This document shows, one piece after another, positions 58,871 to 64,000 of a stretch of 64,000 nt of DNA. This DNA comes from a virus (Duplodnaviria > Caudoviricetes), in IMG/VR virus record IMGVR_UViG_3300042975_000096; one strand, given 5' to 3'. Under the pieces are notes generated by a model, which saw only the letters and a list, made by a program, of their open reading frames with translations, made no database searches and was not told the origin of the DNA. Each line of letters opens with the position of its first letter. Position 1 is the first letter of the stretch. The position numbers and the translations under genes were made by a program.

Positions 58871-60616
58871 TTACTTAATATATATTGCAAACTGACTTGG
58901 ACGGAACACTAAATAACTTCCCTCAACAAATCCAATCTTTTTACTATATAGTCCTGAAGTTGTAATCGCACCAAAAACAATTTTTCCATTTTCTCCTACA
59001 TAACAATTTTCACCATCATGTGTCGAATCACCTAAATTATATACGCCAACATCAATAACACTAACTGTGCCGGATATTCCGTCTGTAGCTGATATTACAA
59101 CGTTTTCACATGTTTCAACAGATTTATTATTCGCCAAAACATATCCATTTTTTTGATATACCAATAATGTTCCTTCAAACACACTCAATCCTGAAGCCAA
59201 TGGAACAACTCGAGTCTTTTTAGCATAACTACCTGTATCCTCTGCAATATCTGCTTTTCCTGACCATGCATTATCATCAACAGGAACTTCTACAGAATCT
59301 ATCCAAATTTTACCACCAGGAATATACATATTTTCAGTGGCAGTTAAATCTTCTGAAAATAATCCTTTTCCCTTGACATAAATATTTGTGTTTTTAGTTA
59401 ATTTTCCTTGTTCATCATTATTATTAACTAAAAAAGTTTTATTTGCATTATCAACAGAAATATTTACATATAATGATTTACCATCAATAGAATCACTAAT
59501 TGCATAATTGTGTTTATGTCTAGCCAAACTATTACTTGTTACAAGTCGATTATCATCCTTTGTTCCACCAACTTTTTCATCAACACCACGTGCACAAGCA
59601 TCTGCTAATTCATATCCTTCATATGTTTTGTTGGTTAAAGATTGAAAATCACTTAAATTAACAACCTCTTTATCATTGGAATATAAACTGTGTTCATCAA
59701 TATAAACACCATTTTGAGAATATACAGAAGACTTTTCTGCCTGTTCGGAAGCACCTAAAACAAAAATCTTTTTATCAGTATTCTTAGAACTAGTAATACC
59801 ATTAATGCCCATATTATTAGGTAATGTAATTGTTCTATTTCTGATTTTTGTAATAATACCTAATGTATTTACTGTAATATCAGGAACAGTAAATGAACCT
59901 GTGCTAGACAACGTATAGTTACCTACCGCTCCATATTCACCAGGAGATACACTCTGCTCTTTAATTGAAGTATTAATAATAACGTCCTTATCTCCATCAA
60001 AATCAATACTACCAACAACATCTCCACTTAATGTTATTTTTGGCTTATAATACAATTTCTTTGCATTATTTGCCGTTCCTGTTAAGTCACCTATAAACTC
60101 TTGTGCAGTTAATGAACCATTTTCCATACTAATATTAGAATTTCTTCTAATTTTATTCGCAGTTAATGCATTTGTGCCTATTAAAAAATTCTTTGATATG
60201 CTATCTTCAACAATATCAACAGTAGATGCATCTCCACTTGGTTTTGCACTACCTGCATAATTGTGAGTGTGCGATAACATACTTGCTTGTAAAGCAGTTA
60301 CCGATGTTGTTAAACTATCCAATTCATTAACGATTTTCTTTTCATCCATAGCACTACTGGTTTTACTAAGATTATCAACCTCGTCCTGTAATGATTTAAT
60401 TACTCTTTGAAAATCATTCATATCTTTTGTCGTATCTGTCTTAAACGTATTTATATAACTCTGCAACGTATCTAATGTTGTTTTTAAATATAACGTTCTG
60501 TTTGCTAATTGCTGATTTGCTATATCATTATTCGGGTCAACTTTAGATATACTAGGAGAATATGTGTTTATTTCTGTTACTGAAGCCAATGTATCATCAC
60601 CCCTTATGGCATCCAA
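58871..60616 (-). CDS. Tail fibre protein
   Basis: QQLANRTLYLK, HTHNYAGS, GDLTGTANNA..ITLSGDV.GS..FDG, HKHNY. Confidence 0.75.
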   Translation of the reverse strand: MDAIRGDDTLASVTEINTYSPSISKVDPNNDIANQQLANRTLYLKTTLDTLQSYINTFKTDTTKDMNDFQRVIKSLQDEVDNLSKTSSAMDEKKIVNELDSLTTSVTALQASMLSHTHNYAGSAKPSGDASTVDIVEDSISKNFLIGTNALTANKIRRNSNISMENGSLTAQEFIGDLTGTANNAKKLYYKPKITLSGDVVGSIDFDGDKDVIINTSIKEQSVSPGEYGAVGNYTLSSTGSFTVPDITVNTLGIITKIRNRTITLPNNMGINGITSSKNTDKKIFVLGASEQAEKSSVYSQNGVYIDEHSLYSNDKEVVNLSDFQSLTNKTYEGYELADACARGVDEKVGGTKDDNRLVTSNSLARHKHNYAISDSIDGKSLYVNISVDNANKTFLVNNNDEQGKLTKNTNIYVKGKGLFSEDLTATENMYIPGGKIWIDSVEVPVDDNAWSGKADIAEDTGSYAKKTRVVPLASGLSVFEGTLLVYQKNGYVLANNKSVETCENVVISATDGISGTVSVIDVGVYNLGDSTHDGENCYVGENGKIVFGAITTSGLYSKKIGFVEGSYLVFRPSQFAIYIK

Positions 60617-62745
60617 CTAAAGTTTTCATCTGGATTACCAACTACAATCATTTCTTTATCATCAGGTATACCATTACCATCTTTATCTAAATAATTCTTA
60701 TCATAATATGGATTTATCACAATATCTGAACTAAAATATTTTTTTGGTGTATGCTGATATAACGCATTGTGTTTTATTGTTCGATTATAATAATGATAAT
60801 CTTTAAACTTAATTGTATCTTTTCTTGTAAAATTATTAGTGTCTGTATCAACAACTGTTTCATTGTGAACGTGAACATTATCAACAAACGTACACGTCCA
60901 TTTTGTATCTGCAAATTTCATTTGTTCCCATCTTATAATCATATATTCATAATTATAATAACTACGTTCAAATGACATCCATTTATCATACGTATCTACC
61001 ACTTTTAATTGAGGTTGGAAGTTTACCCAATTATGTAATCTATCCTGTCTTGTTTTTGCAATCATTTTAAAATCAAAATTTAATGTAAAACATTCCGAAC
61101 AATCATCATCATGTATCAATAATACCGCTACATCTTTCATTTTGATTTTATCGCACATCATAACATTTTTCTTCCTACAATCAGCCAAACTTATTTTATC
61201 CCACGTTGGAATATTGTATTTATCAAAATCTTTATCAGAATACCATTTCCCCACATAATAAAAATCTAATGGATTTCTGTACCATTTATCTTTATCAAAC
61301 CATGGTCTTATTTTTACAATGGTTTGATATTCCAATCTAATGTCAGGGTCACTATTTTCATATACAGGAAATGCACCAAATACCCAATAACTATTACTTG
61401 CCAATCCTGTAATATTTACTTCATAATCATACATCGCATGAATTGCAGGTATATCCACGACTTTATATGTTCCGTCATCATCATCTGTGATATATTTATT
61501 ATCTTGTTTAAACATAATTCTAACATATTTAACTTTATTTCTAACTTTCAAATTGAAAGTTATTTTCATACTTCGTTTTCCGTCCTCAAATTTTACATTA
61601 TATATATCATCACCAAATGGTTCATATTGAAAAAATTGAGCTGGCATTGATGTATTCCAAAAATATAAATCAGGATAAATATCATGGTCATTTATCCAAT
61701 CTTTTTTAAATAGTTTGCTTTTTATATATGGTTTAAGGAAAAACCTTTTTTTATCATCTGCAAAATGATATGTTTCATGATTTTTAAATTCTTCATCTTC
61801 ATACCAATAATCAATCGAAGGTACGTGGTCTTCATTTAATTTAAAAATCACTTCTCCAAAATCTTTATCTTCTTTGTCTACATCATATTCCGCACGAAAT
61901 GTATCATATGTCTTATAAGTTAAATCATTTTCTTTTATTAGTTTTCTATGTTTTATAAATTTTAAATTAGTAATGTTTTTTGGAATATGGTCAAAATAAC
62001 ATGGAACTAATATATTTGTTTTCATCTCTTTAAAAACCATACCAAACTCATTCAGATATTGTAATTTGTAATAAAAACCTCTACCATCACCCAATTCAGT
62101 ATCTTTTGTTTCAAAATACTTATCTGTTTCAAAAAATAGTTTATATCCTTCTGCATCTGTTGTTTCATCTACAATACTATTGTCTGCTTTTTTCCAAATT
62201 CTCATTGTATATGGAAAATCATAATCTAATGAATCCCATTTCAGATATATATACTGTTTGTGCATAGGGTCAATTGGTATTTTTAAGTCAACCAATTCAC
62301 TAGTAAAAGTCGCTCCCTTAAAATCCTTTAAACATTCTGTATCAAAAATATCAGGCTTCCTTGAACCACAATCTCTACAAAATCTACTAAAAATTAACGT
62401 TGGGTCTTTTGCTACATATTCATTAAACTTCAGAGTTCCTTTATCCTTACCAAATATATTTAATGCCGATTTTACAAAATCATCAGTATAACTAGGCATT
62501 TTTTGTATTTTATCAAATATCAATTTATGCTGAATATGATTTGCTTCATATACATCAATCAAACCATAGCCATTAATCATCATGTGTTCTAATACATGTA
62601 ATTCATGCTGAATGGCTTCTTTATTTATTGTTTTTTCTTTTGCTAGTTTTGATATGTATTCATATTCTTTATCAATAGCGGTACATAAAGGACATTTATC
62701 ATTATGCTCCCAATATTTACCAATATCTAATATGTATTTAGACAC
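60604..62745 (-). CDS. Large hypothetical (tail/baseplate-associated) protein
   Basis: 713 aa, first gene of fibre operon; C-terminal DKDGNGIPDDKE Ca-binding-like loop. Confidence 0.6.
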   Translation of the reverse strand: MSKYILDIGKYWEHNDKCPLCTAIDKEYEYISKLAKEKTINKEAIQHELHVLEHMMINGYGLIDVYEANHIQHKLIFDKIQKMPSYTDDFVKSALNIFGKDKGTLKFNEYVAKDPTLIFSRFCRDCGSRKPDIFDTECLKDFKGATFTSELVDLKIPIDPMHKQYIYLKWDSLDYDFPYTMRIWKKADNSIVDETTDAEGYKLFFETDKYFETKDTELGDGRGFYYKLQYLNEFGMVFKEMKTNILVPCYFDHIPKNITNLKFIKHRKLIKENDLTYKTYDTFRAEYDVDKEDKDFGEVIFKLNEDHVPSIDYWYEDEEFKNHETYHFADDKKRFFLKPYIKSKLFKKDWINDHDIYPDLYFWNTSMPAQFFQYEPFGDDIYNVKFEDGKRSMKITFNLKVRNKVKYVRIMFKQDNKYITDDDDGTYKVVDIPAIHAMYDYEVNITGLASNSYWVFGAFPVYENSDPDIRLEYQTIVKIRPWFDKDKWYRNPLDFYYVGKWYSDKDFDKYNIPTWDKISLADCRKKNVMMCDKIKMKDVAVLLIHDDDCSECFTLNFDFKMIAKTRQDRLHNWVNFQPQLKVVDTYDKWMSFERSYYNYEYMIIRWEQMKFADTKWTCTFVDNVHVHNETVVDTDTNNFTRKDTIKFKDYHYYNRTIKHNALYQHTPKKYFSSDIVINPYYDKNYLDKDGNGIPDDKEMIVVGNPDENFSWMP

Positions 62746-62770
62746 AATTCACACCATCCTTTACGTTAAA

Positions 62771-62790
62771 TCTTTTCTAATAATAGAATA
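62771..62790 (-). promoter_or_regulatory. Third copy of TATTCTAT-N3-TAGAAAAGA, upstream of tail operon
   Basis: TATTCTATTATTAGAAAAGA on minus strand. Confidence 0.5.
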
Positions 62791-62818
62791 GCTTTGCCTA
62801 AACAAAGTATAATTTAAC

Positions 62819-62848
62819 AAAAAAAATAAGCACAGTTGTGCTTATTTT
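62819..62848. terminator. Intrinsic terminator
   Basis: AAAATAAGCACA/TGTGCTTATTTT. Confidence 0.7.
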
Positions 62849-63308
62849 ATAATCCTTCTTGTAAAAATATATATTGTTTCATTTGTTTTATATTAGCATA
62901 ACCCTCAAAAAACATCACTATTTTATCAATTAATGTTTTTGGAATTTTTTCAAACATTCCATATGCATGTTCCCTTAAATTATATGTTTCCTTAATCGAA
63001 AATGTTTTTTCAAAAATAACTTTATGCGTTTTATCATATGCTATTATTTTACAATCAAAATTTTTTGATGCTTCTATATTTTTTATTTTATATGCTATTC
63101 GTATAAAGGTTGTTTTATTTATAAAATAAAAGTAACAATTATACGTTGCATACATATCATATTTCCACGTTTTAAAACAATGCACTCCATATGTATTCCC
63201 CTTTTTATCTGTATAAGAAGTGTTTTCTTTTATCTCCATGTCTTGTGTCAAACTCAAATTAAAATCAACCCTCTTTTTATTTTTATGCTCCCATAACATT
63301 AAAAACAA
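62847..63308 (-). CDS. Hypothetical protein
   Basis: 153 aa ORF. Confidence 0.55.
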   Translation of the reverse strand: MFLMLWEHKNKKRVDFNLSLTQDMEIKENTSYTDKKGNTYGVHCFKTWKYDMYATYNCYFYFINKTTFIRIAYKIKNIEASKNFDCKIIAYDKTHKVIFEKTFSIKETYNLREHAYGMFEKIPKTLIDKIVMFFEGYANIKQMKQYIFLQEGL

Positions 63309-63702
63309 AATGCCTTAATCCATTCCATGTTTTCTTATCTTTATAAAAATAATCAATCATTGGTGGGAAATATTCATCAAACTTTTTATATATCTTTAAT
63401 CGTTTATCCATTTTATATCGTCCTATATGATTTAATAATCGCATATATTCATATTTTACTTCTGCCAAATTATTTAAATTTGGTCTTTGGTGTTCCAGGT
63501 AAAATAATCCTCGTTTATTAATATTCCCATACTTATCTGTCGTGCCTTTGTAACACGTATACCCTAATGTTAAAACTGTATCGCTATACATTTTAATACT
63601 AGCAATTATTTCAAAATATAAAATGCAATCACCATAATCTATTTTATATCTAATTACTTTTCCTGTCAAATTTGTTTGTTCAAAATCTTTTGTTACCTTC
63701 AT
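63283..63702 (-). CDS. Hypothetical protein, paralogue of the gene at 63736
   Basis: GGAGG SD; DKRLKIY..FDE.FPP.ID.F..D.KTW..LRH. Confidence 0.7.
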   Translation of the reverse strand: MKVTKDFEQTNLTGKVIRYKIDYGDCILYFEIIASIKMYSDTVLTLGYTCYKGTTDKYGNINKRGLFYLEHQRPNLNNLAEVKYEYMRLLNHIGRYKMDKRLKIYKKFDEYFPPMIDYFYKDKKTWNGLRHFVFNVMGA

Positions 63703-63735
63703 GATTCCTCCAAATGATTATAGCAATTCCATTTT

Positions 63736-64000
63736 CTATATACTTCTTCGATTAAATAATTCATGTCTTAGTATATCCCATGTTTTTGTGTCTGAACAAA
63801 ACTCATCAATAATAGGTGGGAAAATTTCATCAAAATATTGATATATCTTTAATCGTTTATCAATATGCGTTTTCTTTTGAACTTCTAATTTTTTCAAAAA
63901 TTTTTTCTTTATTAATTCCTTATTGCATAATTCCATATTTCTAGTTTGAATAAGAAAAATCGACCTATGAATATATTTTTCATTATCTAATTGATAACAA
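63736..64000 (-). CDS. Hypothetical protein, start lies beyond the window
   Basis: Frame open to window edge; C-terminus matches 63283..63702. Confidence 0.65.
   Translation of the reverse strand, partial: CYQLDNEKYIHRSIFLIQTRNMELCNKELIKKKFLKKLEVQKKTHIDKRLKIYQYFDEIFPPIIDEFCSDTKTWDILRHELFNRRSI

Noticed and set aside
1-64000. Stop-codon reassignment (as in some gut jumbo phages)
   Set aside because: Long conserved genes are intact under code 11, TAA, TAG and TGA all end genes, and the breaks seen are frameshifts rather than in-frame stops
1-64000. tRNA/rRNA genes, integrase, transposase, DGR
   Set aside because: None recognised by eye in the intergenic gaps or ORFs; tRNAscan-SE would be needed to exclude tRNAs formally

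Overview
A 64 kb, strongly AT-rich segment of a large tailed phage, probably a jumbo myovirus (PAAR spike gene present). SD/promoter style suggests a Firmicutes-type host. Almost all genes lie on the minus strand. From high to low coordinates the window holds: a tail-fibre/baseplate region built from two paralogous cassettes (~51-63 kb); small accessory genes (PAAR, P-loop kinase, MmcB-like nuclease, DUF488, guanylate kinase, BRO); an AT-rich iteron-like array (~43.3-44.3 kb); and a long head module. The head module has terminase with a mini-intein, a free-standing splicing-dead intein/LAGLIDADG gene, M16 peptidase, sigma factor, many putative internal head proteins, portal, prohead protease, scaffold candidate, decoration protein and HK97-fold major capsid protein. 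Sugar-nucleotide genes flank the capsid genes. An operon then encodes an NDT-NUDIX fusion, a radical SAM/SPASM enzyme, a ~31-Cys CQ-repeat protein, a membrane protein and a dUTPase/dCTPase, followed by a DinG helicase. Most notable: (1) a shared N-terminal K-R-L-x-(x)-A leader on a dozen otherwise unrelated proteins, which also recurs at domain junctions (candidate capsid-loading/processing signal); (2) the phage rSAM plus Cys-rich substrate pair; (3) mini-intein plus adjacent catalytically dead intein-endonuclease; (4) a 55-nt structured RNA repeat with covarying stems before a terminator; (5) a promoter- and terminator-bounded sRNA. Several single-base frameshifts at short runs look like assembly errors. 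All functional calls come from motifs read by eye; no database searches were run.
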